Notes under the pieces: generated by a model
Told to the model about the DNA's origin: nothing
Database searches by the model: none
Seen by the model: only the letters and a program-made list of their open reading frames with translations
Position numbers and translations under genes: made by a program
In this document: piece by piece, positions 1 through 8,861 of the stretch
How positions within the stretch are numbered: position 1 is the stretch's first letter
Layout of the letters: the number at the start of each line of letters is the position of its first letter
Assembly (NCBI GenBank): GCA_963422205.2
Contig: CAXMWX010000001.1
Location: 320,001 to 384,000 of the forward strand
DNA length: 64,000 bases
Origin: Gammaproteobacteria bacterium
GTDB lineage: Bacteria > Pseudomonadota > Gammaproteobacteria > Eutrophobiales > Eutrophobiaceae
Direction: 5' to 3'

Positions 1-1192
1 GGCGGGTATTTTCTGCGGCTGGTATTTTGGTGAGTCCATGCTGGCCGTTAAATGGCTGGGGGACAGTTTCCTCGATGCCTTGAAGATGCTGATCATCCCC
101 TTGATCGTTGCCGCCGTGATCACCGGCGTTGCCTCCATCGGCGATATACGTCGCTTAACCCGGGTGGGCGGCTTCACCTTGCTGTATTATGCCTCAACCA
201 CCGCCATCGCCGTATTCATCGGCCTGGTGGTGGTCAATATCATGCAGCCCGGTGCTGGCATCGATGCGCTCGCCCGAGAGGATGCCGCCGGGTTTGCCAG
301 CCGAGAGCCGAAGACCCTGGTCGATATTATTCAATTCGCCATTCAGCCGAACCTCATCGCCGCCGCCGCCGATGCACAGATCCTGCCCATCATCGTGTTC
401 TGTCTGGCATTCGCCACGGCGCTGACCATGGTCGGTCATCGTGGCGATACCGTGCTGGGTTTTTTTGATGGCCTGAACGAGGTGATGATGAAGCTGGTGC
501 TGTGGCTGATGTATCTGGCGCCGGTGGGGATCTTCGCCCTGATCGCCGCCAAGCTGGGCAGCACGGGCGGCGGTGAAGCCTTCATGCAGCAAATCAGCGC
601 TGTCGGTAAATACATTATCACCGTGCTGGTCGGCCTGGGGCTGCACTTTCTGGTACTGGTCGGAATCTTGTATCTGCTCACCGGGCGGGGAGTGGCGTAT
701 CTGTTGACCCTGTCCAAGGCGCTGCTGACTGCTTTTGGCACCGCCAGCTCATCGGCCACACTGCCGCTGACGATTAAATCTGCCATTGAAGCGGGCGTTG
801 ATGCGCGCTCGGCCAAATCCGTCCTGCCCCTGGGCGCCACGGTCAACATGGATGGCACCGCCCTGTATGAAGCGGTTGCCGTCATGTTCATCGCCCAGTC
901 GCTCGGTATCGAGATGGGGATCACCGAGCAGATCATCATCTTCATCACCGCCACCCTGGCCGCTATTGGTGCTGCGGGTATCCCGCAAGCGGGCCTGGCA
1001 ACCATGGTGATCGTGCTAACAGCAGTCGACCTGCCGCAGGAGGGAATCGGCTTAATTCTCGCGGTGGACTGGTTTTTGGATCGTTTCAGGACAACGGTCA
1101 ATGTCTGGGGAGACAGCACGGGGGCCGCTGTGATCGAGAAGGTTTTGCCAGAAGAATCCGACACAGCCCAAAATGCCAGCCAGCCTGCGTGA
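1..1192 (+). CDS. Dicarboxylate/amino acid:cation symporter (DAACS, GltP-like), probably 5'-truncated by the window edge
   Basis: Motifs FGTASSSATLP, PLGATVNMDGTALY, SIGAAGIP-like AIGAAGIP and DRFRTTVNVWGD; the frame is open upstream of the ATG at 38. Confidence 0.93.
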   Translation, partial: AGIFCGWYFGESMLAVKWLGDSFLDALKMLIIPLIVAAVITGVASIGDIRRLTRVGGFTLLYYASTTAIAVFIGLVVVNIMQPGAGIDALAREDAAGFASREPKTLVDIIQFAIQPNLIAAAADAQILPIIVFCLAFATALTMVGHRGDTVLGFFDGLNEVMMKLVLWLMYLAPVGIFALIAAKLGSTGGGEAFMQQISAVGKYIITVLVGLGLHFLVLVGILYLLTGRGVAYLLTLSKALLTAFGTASSSATLPLTIKSAIEAGVDARSAKSVLPLGATVNMDGTALYEAVAVMFIAQSLGIEMGITEQIIIFITATLAAIGAAGIPQAGLATMVIVLTAVDLPQEGIGLILAVDWFLDRFRTTVNVWGDSTGAAVIEKVLPEESDTAQNASQPA

Positions 1193-1349
1193 GTTCCCCG
1201 CATAGCGTACCCCATCCTGATGACGTTCCTGCTGCTTATATTCCTGGCATGGCGGGTTCACATGATCGGGGAATGCGGTATCGCACTTCTTTATTTTGCT
1301 GCTGGCGGGGAGATGCCAGCCAAGGTATTTAAGTAAAAGATAAAAAAAC

Positions 1350-1441
1350 TGGCGGAGAGAGAGGGATTCGAACCCTCGATACGGGATAAACCGTATACTC
1401 CCTTAGCAGGGGAGCGCCTTCAACCACTCGGCCACCTCTCC
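1350..1441 (-). tRNA. tRNA-Ser(GCT)
   Basis: Reverse complement GGAGAGGTGGCCGAGTGG...CTCCC-CT-GCT-AA-GGGAG, long variable arm, GGTTCGAATCC, CCA end; lies downstream of csrA as is usual. Confidence 0.97.
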
Positions 1442-1663
1442 GTTGCTCGAAAAACCCGTATCAGTCAGGCCGCCCAAACCCGCCTGCCAGAACGATCAAA
1501 GCACCGGGCATCGCCGGATAAAACTGATCCCATCCCGGCGGACGGCTGTGCCGTATGCACCACACACGACACACAGCGTGTTTATATGAATACTGCCACC
1601 ATCCCCCTCATCCCGGCCGATGGCTGCAAAAGCCTTGTTTGGATTTGGTTAAGGATGGCCTGA

Positions 1664-1906
1664 TCAGCTATTGCCAAGGTTATCATCATCATCTGCGTAC
1701 TCTCCATATTCCCTAGCCAGATCAGCCTTCGCCTGGCGAACTTTCTCTAACTGGATACGCTCATAAATCTCTTCACGATGCACCGCAATCTCCCTGGGCG
1801 CATTTACGCCGATTCTCACTTGATTGCCTCGAATCCCAAGCACGGTGACGTTGACATCATCGCCAATCATCAAAGACTCGCCAATCCTGCGTGTTAAAAT
1901 TAACAT
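1664..1906 (-). CDS. csrA: Carbon storage regulator CsrA
   Basis: [37 protein letters not shown]...VHREEIY; AGGAG RBS upstream. Confidence 0.98.
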   Translation of the reverse strand: MLILTRRIGESLMIGDDVNVTVLGIRGNQVRIGVNAPREIAVHREEIYERIQLEKVRQAKADLAREYGEYADDDDNLGNS

Positions 1907-2025
1907 CGGTGTTTCTCCTGCTGTCCTTTCAACTGTAAGTGTAGTTGACTGACAGTATTTTTGTCATGATACTTACTGCACCGTTACAATTTTGCCCAAT
2001 AGCAAACCAGCACTATCAGGCTGCC

Positions 2026-3246
2026 TCAGGTGGGGATCTGAAGGCCAAATGCCGCATGCAGTGTTCTGACGCCCAACTCCAGATACTTCTCCGCAACGAC
2101 CACCGATATCTTGATCTCTGAGGTGGCGATCATTTGAATGTTAATGCCCTCATCCGCCAGCGCCTTGAACATGGTGCAGGCAATGCCGGCATGTGAACGC
2201 ATGCCCACACCGATGACCGATATCTTGACGATGGTATCATCCCCGGACACCTTGCGAGCATGCAACTGTTCAGCCGTTTTATGTAATATTTTTAACGCCT
2301 TGTCAAAGTCATTTCGATGCACGGTAAAGGTGAAATCCGCGGTATCATCAACGCCAACATTCTGGATGATCATATCCACATCAATATTGGCATCGGCTAC
2401 CGGGCCTAATATGGCACTGGCGATGCCCGGCGTATCAGGTACGCCCCGGATAGTCAGCTTGGCCTCATCACGATTATGGGCAATGCCGGCAATCTGCGCT
2501 GCTTCCATCGCCCGCTCCTCATCGGTAATCAAGGTGCCTTCCCCCTCTTCAAAAGAGGACAAGACACGCAAGGGAATATGATATTTACTAGCAAACTCCA
2601 CCGCCCTGATTTGCAAAACCTTGGCGCCCAAACTCGCCATCTCCAGCATCTCCTCGTAGGAAATGCGCTGCATCCGACGGGCGGCAGGCTCGATATGCGG
2701 GTCTGCCGTATACACCCCGTCAACATCAGTATAAATCTGACACTCACTGGCCTGCAAGGCGGCCGCCATCGCCACCGCCGTGGTATCTGAACCGCCCCGC
2801 CCCAGCGTGGTGATATTGCCTTGTGAATCCACGCCCTGAAAACCAGCAATCACTGCAATTTTATTATCATCCAAACACTGATGCACTCGATGTGCGTCAA
2901 TATCGACAATACGCGCCTTGTTATGCACCGCATCTGTTAAGATGCTGGCCTGCCCGCCAGTAAAAGACTGCGCGGTTTTGCCCAGCGCCGACAGGGCGAT
3001 ACCAAGCAGGGCGATGCTGACCTGCTCGCCGGTTGCCAGCAACACATCCAGCTCCCGCTCATGCGGCGCCGATGAGACCTCATGGGCCAGTCCTAACAGC
3101 CGGTCGGTCTCTCCACCCATGGCCGAGAGCACCACCACCACCTTGTGCCCCCGCTCGGCAGTGCGGCTCACCCGCCTGGCCACGGCCTGTATCCGACCGA
3201 CCGATCCAACCGAGGTGCCGCCATATTTTTGTACAATCAGTGCCAT
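2026..3246 (-). CDS. lysC: Aspartate kinase
   Basis: MALIVQKYGGTSV, TTLGRGGSDTTAVA, YTDVDGVYTADP, two C-terminal ACT domains. Confidence 0.97.
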   Translation of the reverse strand: MALIVQKYGGTSVGSVGRIQAVARRVSRTAERGHKVVVVLSAMGGETDRLLGLAHEVSSAPHERELDVLLATGEQVSIALLGIALSALGKTAQSFTGGQASILTDAVHNKARIVDIDAHRVHQCLDDNKIAVIAGFQGVDSQGNITTLGRGGSDTTAVAMAAALQASECQIYTDVDGVYTADPHIEPAARRMQRISYEEMLEMASLGAKVLQIRAVEFASKYHIPLRVLSSFEEGEGTLITDEERAMEAAQIAGIAHNRDEAKLTIRGVPDTPGIASAILGPVADANIDVDMIIQNVGVDDTADFTFTVHRNDFDKALKILHKTAEQLHARKVSGDDTIVKISVIGVGMRSHAGIACTMFKALADEGINIQMIATSEIKISVVVAEKYLELGVRTLHAAFGLQIPT

Positions 3247-3652
3247 TAATATCCGAGTTTTGCCGAAACGGTAAAGCCCCTAAATCCAGGGCGGAAAAAG
3301 ATAAGGCCGGGGAGTCTAACCGAATGACCGGCAACGGCAAACAGGATTCTCCAGCCAATGCCCCTTGGTCTTAATGACCGGCACCGACAACAAACCGACA
3401 TTGCCATCTCCCTTTGCCATAACATCGACAATAGCCACCACCCGCTTGCACGGCACGCCCTCCATACCCCCTGCCTGACATGGCAATAATAATTATGATC
3501 TGTACAAACACATGCCATTCAGGCGAATTGCAGTACACGTGTTGCCTGCACCTTTATGATGTACATGCAGGGGATCCCCCGGACCGTGAAGGGCAACCCA
3601 CACTATGCCATCGACCATGGCCTGCCATCACAACTGATGATACAATAACCCC

Positions 3653-3955
3653 ATGAGCCAAGTCGCCTTTGACACATTAGAAATTCACCGAAACCCTGAA
3701 GCAAGCCGGCATCTCTGACCAGCACGCCACAAGGCCGAAGCCATCGCCATTCAGGGCGCCCTTGGCGAAGCCCTGAATACCCAGGTGGCAACGAAAGAGG
3801 ATATCCATAAGTTAAGAACAGAGCTGAAAACCGACATTCACCGCCTTGAGCGGGGTCAGGGTGAATTACGGGCAGAGCAGCGTTTACTGAAATGGATGGT
3901 TGGCTTCAACCTGGCTTTTACTTTAGCCATGTTCTGGAAACTGTTCAGTCAATAA
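3653..3955 (+). pseudogene. DUF1640/CCDC90-like coiled-coil membrane protein, two frameshifts
   Basis: Reconstructs as MSQVAFDTL.FTETLKQAGISDQHAKAEAIAIQGAL...VATKEDI...LLKWMVGFNLAFTLAMFWKLFSQ; indels near 3680 and 3730. Absent from the ORF track. Confidence 0.75.
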
Positions 3956-4158
3956 CTCAACTCCCACCAAACCGCAAGCGCTGGCAAGCAGTGCTTTCAA
4001 GGCAGACAAAACAGCCCACCTTATTGCCTTTATTCAGGCTTTGCCCTTACAATGAGCGCAAGAGAAAGCCCCAACCTCACCAATGATCAACAACATCAAT
4101 ACAAACAACACATTAGCCAGCATTGGCGATCAGGTTGAGTGATTAAGAGACTACAGAC

Positions 4159-4500
4159 ATGAACACAGCGACCCTGATGATAGCGACTATTGGCACAGGC
4201 ATTTCCTTGGCTGGTCTGATGATTGGCCTGGTGGCCTGGCTGCGAGCCGATACGCGCCGCATGGAAGATCGCTTGCGTGAAGATACGCGCCGCATGGAAG
4301 ATCGCCAGCGTGAAGATGCACGGCAAATGGAAGAGCGCTTGCAGGCAGAAATCGCGGCAGTCCGCAATGAAATCGCCGAAATCCACGAGGACATCAACGC
4401 CCACCGCAAGGAGACTGCCCAGTTGCGTGAGCGCATGGCGCACCTGGAAGGTCTGCTGGACGGGTTGCGCGAGGCTATTGTGGCAAGGGCGGTGGCCTGA
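4159..4500 (+). CDS. Small protein with N-terminal membrane anchor and coiled coil
   Basis: Hydrophobic N-terminus, three 11-aa repeats DTRRMEDRLRE, C-terminal LRERMAHLEGLLDGL. Confidence 0.75.
   Translation: MNTATLMIATIGTGISLAGLMIGLVAWLRADTRRMEDRLREDTRRMEDRQREDARQMEERLQAEIAAVRNEIAEIHEDINAHRKETAQLRERMAHLEGLLDGLREAIVARAVA
4249..4347 (+). repeat. 33-bp in-frame tandem repeat x3
   Basis: gatacgcgccgcatggaagatcgc(ttg/cag)cgtgaa twice, then a diverged third copy. Confidence 0.85.
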
Positions 4501-4610
4501 TTGATATTATTCCGAGTTCGCCTAGACCCGCACTAGCCAACCCAACAAACCACAGCAAGACAACCGCAATCCAACACAACTAACTTGAATAAGCAGTATA
4601 GTCCCTCAAC

Positions 4611-5561
4611 CTAAGTAGCCAGCCAACCCGCCACGATTGCCGCGACATTGGGGTGAATTAAATAACCTGTACTGGAGTGTGGATTGGATTTGTCGCACCT
4701 GACAGCCAGATTGTAGATACGGATGTCAGTGATCGAATCCAGCATTCTGTTATCTTCCATATAGTCATAGTCATCATTGACGGACTCATCATGGGCGATG
4801 TAATCATCTTCCGCAGCGACATTGATCCAGCGTTTGATATTGACCGGATAACGTCTGTTGCCTTTCGCATTTGCGCCTTTTAATCTGTCCTTGACAGTCT
4901 CATTTCCCAGGGGGCTGCCCAAAGTTACCCATACAGATAATTTTTTATCTCTCACTTCCTGATGCTCGCCGTAATAAGAGAATTTCCAGAGCGTATCATA
5001 GGCGATCATGGTGCCCAGACTGTGCGATATCAATAAAACGTCATCACCGTTTAGCAGTGATTTTTTCAGAGGTTCGGTTAATCGCCACCTGACCTTGCTG
5101 CCGTAAGGACTGCTATCCTGCTTCCAGTATGCCTGCATGTCGGGGGCGCATTTTTTGATCAGGTTGTCGCTTAGGCTAAGCAGGTTCATCGGGCCAGCGA
5201 ATAGATCAGCGCCGATTTCTTTCAGGCTGGATTTCCCGGGCAGGTCTTCATAGTTGGCTCTGCCAGTCTTGCCCAGGAAGCCATCCCGGCTGTAACGTTT
5301 CAGCTCTTCCAGGCAACGGCGCCGGTTACTGATATCATCTTCCGCATCGTACTCTCTCCCCCTTTTTCTAAGAAAGGCGTTGGACACATCCCCAAAGTAG
5401 ACAAACTCTGCGGACTTGGCTACTGCATCATAGCTGCCAAGAATATCTGTGTCGTGATCGCGCTTGATGCCATGGCGCAAGGCACCTAGCCAGATTTCCT
5501 TGAGTGCCTCTTTTTCCGGTTTGAAATTGCGACCATGAATAAGAACGATCTTCTTTGCCAT
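4611..5561 (-). CDS. Alpha/beta-fold serine hydrolase (lipase-like), function unknown
   Basis: IHG oxyanion motif, nucleophile SHSLG, TLGSPLG, C-terminal NPH; more AT-rich than the flanks. Confidence 0.75.
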   Translation of the reverse strand: MAKKIVLIHGRNFKPEKEALKEIWLGALRHGIKRDHDTDILGSYDAVAKSAEFVYFGDVSNAFLRKRGREYDAEDDISNRRRCLEELKRYSRDGFLGKTGRANYEDLPGKSSLKEIGADLFAGPMNLLSLSDNLIKKCAPDMQAYWKQDSSPYGSKVRWRLTEPLKKSLLNGDDVLLISHSLGTMIAYDTLWKFSYYGEHQEVRDKKLSVWVTLGSPLGNETVKDRLKGANAKGNRRYPVNIKRWINVAAEDDYIAHDESVNDDYDYMEDNRMLDSITDIRIYNLAVRCDKSNPHSSTGYLIHPNVAAIVAGWLAT

Positions 5562-5702
5562 TGTGAGGTACCTCTCTGTCTTTATCTGCTATTCTTATCC
5601 AATTCTTTGCGGTTTTAATCATTCGAGTATAGCCAGAAATCAGAAATAAAAACAAGCTCCTGTATGGATCCACCCCCTATTGCCCTTTTTATTGTGCTGG
5701 AT

Positions 5703-6684
5703 AGGGTTCGGCAGGCTCACCAAGCAAATGTACTGCACAGGGGTTTGTCATCCCAGTCCCTTGTGTGGTCTTAGTCCGTTATATTTGACCAGCCAGCCTG
5801 TCTGCGTGAAGGGACGCACAGGCAGGTCGGCCAGTTTTTCGTTGAACAGGTTCAGGTCTTCAAACAGCAGCTGTTCATGGAAGTCCACGACCTGTCTGCG
5901 TGCGGACACGCACAGGCAGGACTGCTCTTGACTGGTGCGGTTAAAGCGCTCACAGATGGTTCGGCAAGCTCACCAGCCACGGCATTCATTTTGGGGGTTT
6001 TGGGATAGGTGTATAGATGCAGGATCTGACTATCATTGAGCCGTTGGTCAAACGCGCCCTTGAACGTAACGCCACTGTCGGTAATCACCTGCTGGATGGG
6101 GAAGGGGGTCAAGCGGAAACACGTCTCAAAGAAGTCTCTGGCAGCTTGGCTGCTCCGTTTCGGCACCGCCAGGACTAAGGCATAGCCACTGGCTTCGTCA
6201 ATAGAGGTGAGGAGATACCCCCCGGCCACCTGCCTACGCCGCTCGATGGCGTCCAGTCCCACACACTCGCCAATCTGGCTGGGGCGATAGCCTTTAGGGC
6301 GGCGTGTGACGGGGGTTCTTCGATAGGCTTTGGCTTTCCCCTTCGGGCTCAAGGCCGGGGGTGAGATTCGCCTCTTGTCGGGGGTATCGGCAATCAGCCC
6401 GTCTGCGTACCCGCACAGACAGGGCGGCCAATGGTCGAAGTACTGGGACAGGGCAATCCCCTGGCCTGACACCAGGATCTGAGCAGTACCTGACACTGCT
6501 CTTTATCCAGATTGGGCAGGTCTTGGCGCCGTTGGCGTATCTGCTGGATAACCGCTTGTGGTCAGCGGCGAGTGCGCTTCGGTGCTTTGGGGGTCGGACA
6601 CAAGCCAGACAGTCCCCACTCGCGGTAGGCTTTGCGCCAGGCATACAGGGTACGGCGGCTCTGGTGGGTGAGCTTGTCGAACCA
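5703..6684. repeat. Micro-element family B (core GGTGAGCTTGTCGAACC), 3 copies (5703-5726, 5957-5979, 6665-6684); fourth copy at ~45358-45380
   Basis: The 17-bp core recurs in both orientations within the IS and in the second IS fragment. Confidence 0.8.
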
Positions 6685-6770
6685 CTGCCACTGTGGTCAA
6701 GGGCGGGTCAGGCCATGCTTGTCCCAGAATCTAAGCACACTGACTTGCCTGCACGCAGCACGCAAGCAGG
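5797..6770. repeat. Palindromic micro-element family A, 4 copies (5797-5826, 5891-5920, 6398-6423, 6744-6770)
   Basis: Consensus CCTG(T/C)CTGCGT-loop-ACGCACAG(G/A)CAGG, 26-30 bp hairpins, all inside the IS. Confidence 0.85.
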
Positions 6771-7009
6771 GACGCTGTGCGGCGATTTGATTATTCATGT
6801 CCGCCCTTATTGCATGGCTGCCCGTGCGATAAAAGCCTTTTATTCGATACCCTATATGCTGATAGTGCTCTCGTTCTCTCTCTTACGAATAGGGCAATAG
6901 GTTTTTGAACTTGTACATACGTCCTACCTGATTGCCCTCAGCTTCGTCTTGCTGGGGCAGTGACCACTTTGGCGACCGGCAGCGTATCCTCACTGTCTCA
7001 ATGGTTGCG

Positions 7010-8047
7010 CTAGTCCTTATATACATGCTGTTTGCCGGCATAGTCCTTGAGCAGATAATGGGTATTGTCGCGGTGTGTTGTTACATAGTCAGGGCCTATC
7101 GGGATTTTCCCATAACCGCCCGGTATTTCCAGGACGTATGTCGGTAAACACAGGCCGGAGATGTTTTTGCGAAGCTCGGCCATTAGTTGTTGACCTTTTT
7201 TGATGCTGACACGAAAGTGGCCTGTGCCTCTGGCGCGATCCGGATGGTGCAGGTAATACGGTTTAATCCTGGCGGCGGCGAGGCGATAGAACAGCGCCGT
7301 CAACGTGGCGACATCGTCATTCACCCCCCGCAACAACACCGACTGGCTCAGCAGCGGTATGCCGTGATCAATAAATTGACTGCATGCCTTGATAGCGGCT
7401 GGCGTGAGTTCCCTGGCGTGGTTGCAATGCAGGACAACGTACACCGGCCTGGTTGTCTTGAGGGAGTGAATCAGCTTATCGGTGATACGTTTGCTGTCAA
7501 CGATGGGGATGCGGGTATGTATTCTGATCATGATCAGGTGGTCAAGCCGGGCAAGTGCCGTCAGGATCCCTGCCAGCCTGTCAGCCGATAACATCAGCGG
7601 GTCGCCGCCGCTTAGGATCACCTCACGTATCTCTTTATGATCCGAGATATAGGCGATGGCCTTATCCAGTGTATCTTGTCGAGTTTGGCTGGCGGCCGGC
7701 CCAATCATGTCTTTTCTGAAACAGAAGCGGCAGTACACCGCACACATTGAGGTCACTTTTAGCAATACCCGGTCAGCATGGCGGTGTATCAGGCCCGGCA
7801 CCGGGCTGTGTGGCAGATCACCGGTGGGGTCATGCCGCTCATCTGCTGTGGTGTTGAGTTCGTTTATCGTTGGCAAAAACTGTTTACTGACAGGCCCCTC
7901 GCCTTGTTCTGCCTGGATCAACGCGGCCATTTGTGGCGTGATGGCGAGCGCCGTATTCGCCACCACACGGGAGAGGGCGGGGCTGGCTTCTGTGCGAATT
8001 AAACCAGCGGCTTTTAGGGCAGGCAGCGAATTGAGTTGCTCTGGCAT
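7010..8047 (-). CDS. KamA/EpmB-family radical SAM (lysine 2,3-aminomutase-like)
   Basis: CAVYCRFCFRK, EVILSGGDPL, QSVLLRGVND, PYYLHHPD, EIPGGYGKIP. Confidence 0.92.
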   Translation of the reverse strand: MPEQLNSLPALKAAGLIRTEASPALSRVVANTALAITPQMAALIQAEQGEGPVSKQFLPTINELNTTADERHDPTGDLPHSPVPGLIHRHADRVLLKVTSMCAVYCRFCFRKDMIGPAASQTRQDTLDKAIAYISDHKEIREVILSGGDPLMLSADRLAGILTALARLDHLIMIRIHTRIPIVDSKRITDKLIHSLKTTRPVYVVLHCNHARELTPAAIKACSQFIDHGIPLLSQSVLLRGVNDDVATLTALFYRLAAARIKPYYLHHPDRARGTGHFRVSIKKGQQLMAELRKNISGLCLPTYVLEIPGGYGKIPIGPDYVTTHRDNTHYLLKDYAGKQHVYKD

Positions 8048-8055
8048 CTTGCAGA

Positions 8056-8859
8056 CTAAAGCAATGCCTCGGCCAGCAGCTGATGCACCTGCTCCGGGTT
8101 TTCGCTTAACATCATGTGGCCGGTGTGCTTGAGCAGGCAGCTTTGGCTGTGTGCCAGCCGGGTGAGTAAGTCGGTGGTGGCTTTAGCTGGCGTCATGTTA
8201 TCTTCCGCACCACTTACCAGGTAGACTTTATGTGTGATGTTGGCAGCCATCCCGATAGCGCCGGTATAGTCGTTGCAGGCATTCAGATCGGTATATAAAG
8301 TATGCGGCAAACCACGCTCAAGTAAACACCGGTTGCTGTTGAGAATATTGATTCCGGCCACCGGGTTGCCGCCCAGTTGCGAGCCATAGGCATGACCGGC
8401 CAACATGATCATATCCACCGCCGCCGGTTGCTTGTCCCGTGCCGCCTGGAGTAAAGAATCACCTACCGTCATCGGCGCTGCTGTGCCCAGCAGCACGGTC
8501 GTACTGACGCGGTTGCTGTCACTGCCCTGATGACGCCCGGCGGTCTCCAGGGCGATCAATGAACCCATGCTGTGTCCCACCAGCTTGATATCGTGCAGTT
8601 CCAGGGCATGGATGAGTTGTATCAACCAGTCTGCCATTGCCTCTATGCGCTTGAGCGGTTGGCCGGATGAACGCCCGTGTCCCGGCAGGTCAATGGCCAG
8701 CGAATTGAGACCATTGCGGGCAAAGAAACGGTTAAATAACACCCACACCGTGTGATCAAGCCCGGCCCCGTGGATGAAGATCACCGTGGGTTTGTTGTGA
8801 TCGATCGGTATGCCGACATCGGCCACATAAACGGCTTCGTTCAATAAGGTGAGCAGCAC
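8056..8859 (-). CDS. Alpha/beta hydrolase
   Basis: FIHGAG, DLPGHG, GHSMG, C-terminal GHMM; lies 2 bp downstream of metY. Confidence 0.9.
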   Translation of the reverse strand: MLLTLLNEAVYVADVGIPIDHNKPTVIFIHGAGLDHTVWVLFNRFFARNGLNSLAIDLPGHGRSSGQPLKRIEAMADWLIQLIHALELHDIKLVGHSMGSLIALETAGRHQGSDSNRVSTTVLLGTAAPMTVGDSLLQAARDKQPAAVDMIMLAGHAYGSQLGGNPVAGINILNSNRCLLERGLPHTLYTDLNACNDYTGAIGMAANITHKVYLVSGAEDNMTPAKATTDLLTRLAHSQSCLLKHTGHMMLSENPEQVHQLLAEALL

Positions 8860-8861
8860 CC

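Larger units (their letters stand above)
5661..6917 (-). mobile_element. Degenerate IS481-family insertion sequence (transposase pseudogene)
   Basis: Imperfect terminal IRs TGTATGGATCCACCCCCTATTGCCC (5661) and TGTACAAGTTCAAAAACCTATTGCCC (6917, minus). Integrase-core remnants include GLDAIE, ITDSG.F, YPKTPKMNA.CERFNRT, YNGLRPHKGLG. Stops, frameshifts and insertions throughout. Confidence 0.85.

Noticed and set aside
436-1215. Long antisense ORFs here and at 32795-33442, 36955-37743 and 48924-49748
   Set aside because: Shadow frames of well-supported genes in GC-rich or repetitive coding DNA.
4249-4347. 33-bp repeats as CRISPR or iterons
   Set aside because: No spacers; the repeats are in frame within a coiled-coil ORF.
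5797-5979. Two near-identical 30-bp hairpins that could look like a mini CRISPR array
   Set aside because: The intervening DNA is contiguous transposase coding sequence, spacing is irregular and no cas genes are present.
5852-6900. Track ORFs 5852-6496, 6361-6900 and 6503-6700 as genes
   Set aside because: They are chimeric or antisense frames of the broken transposase.
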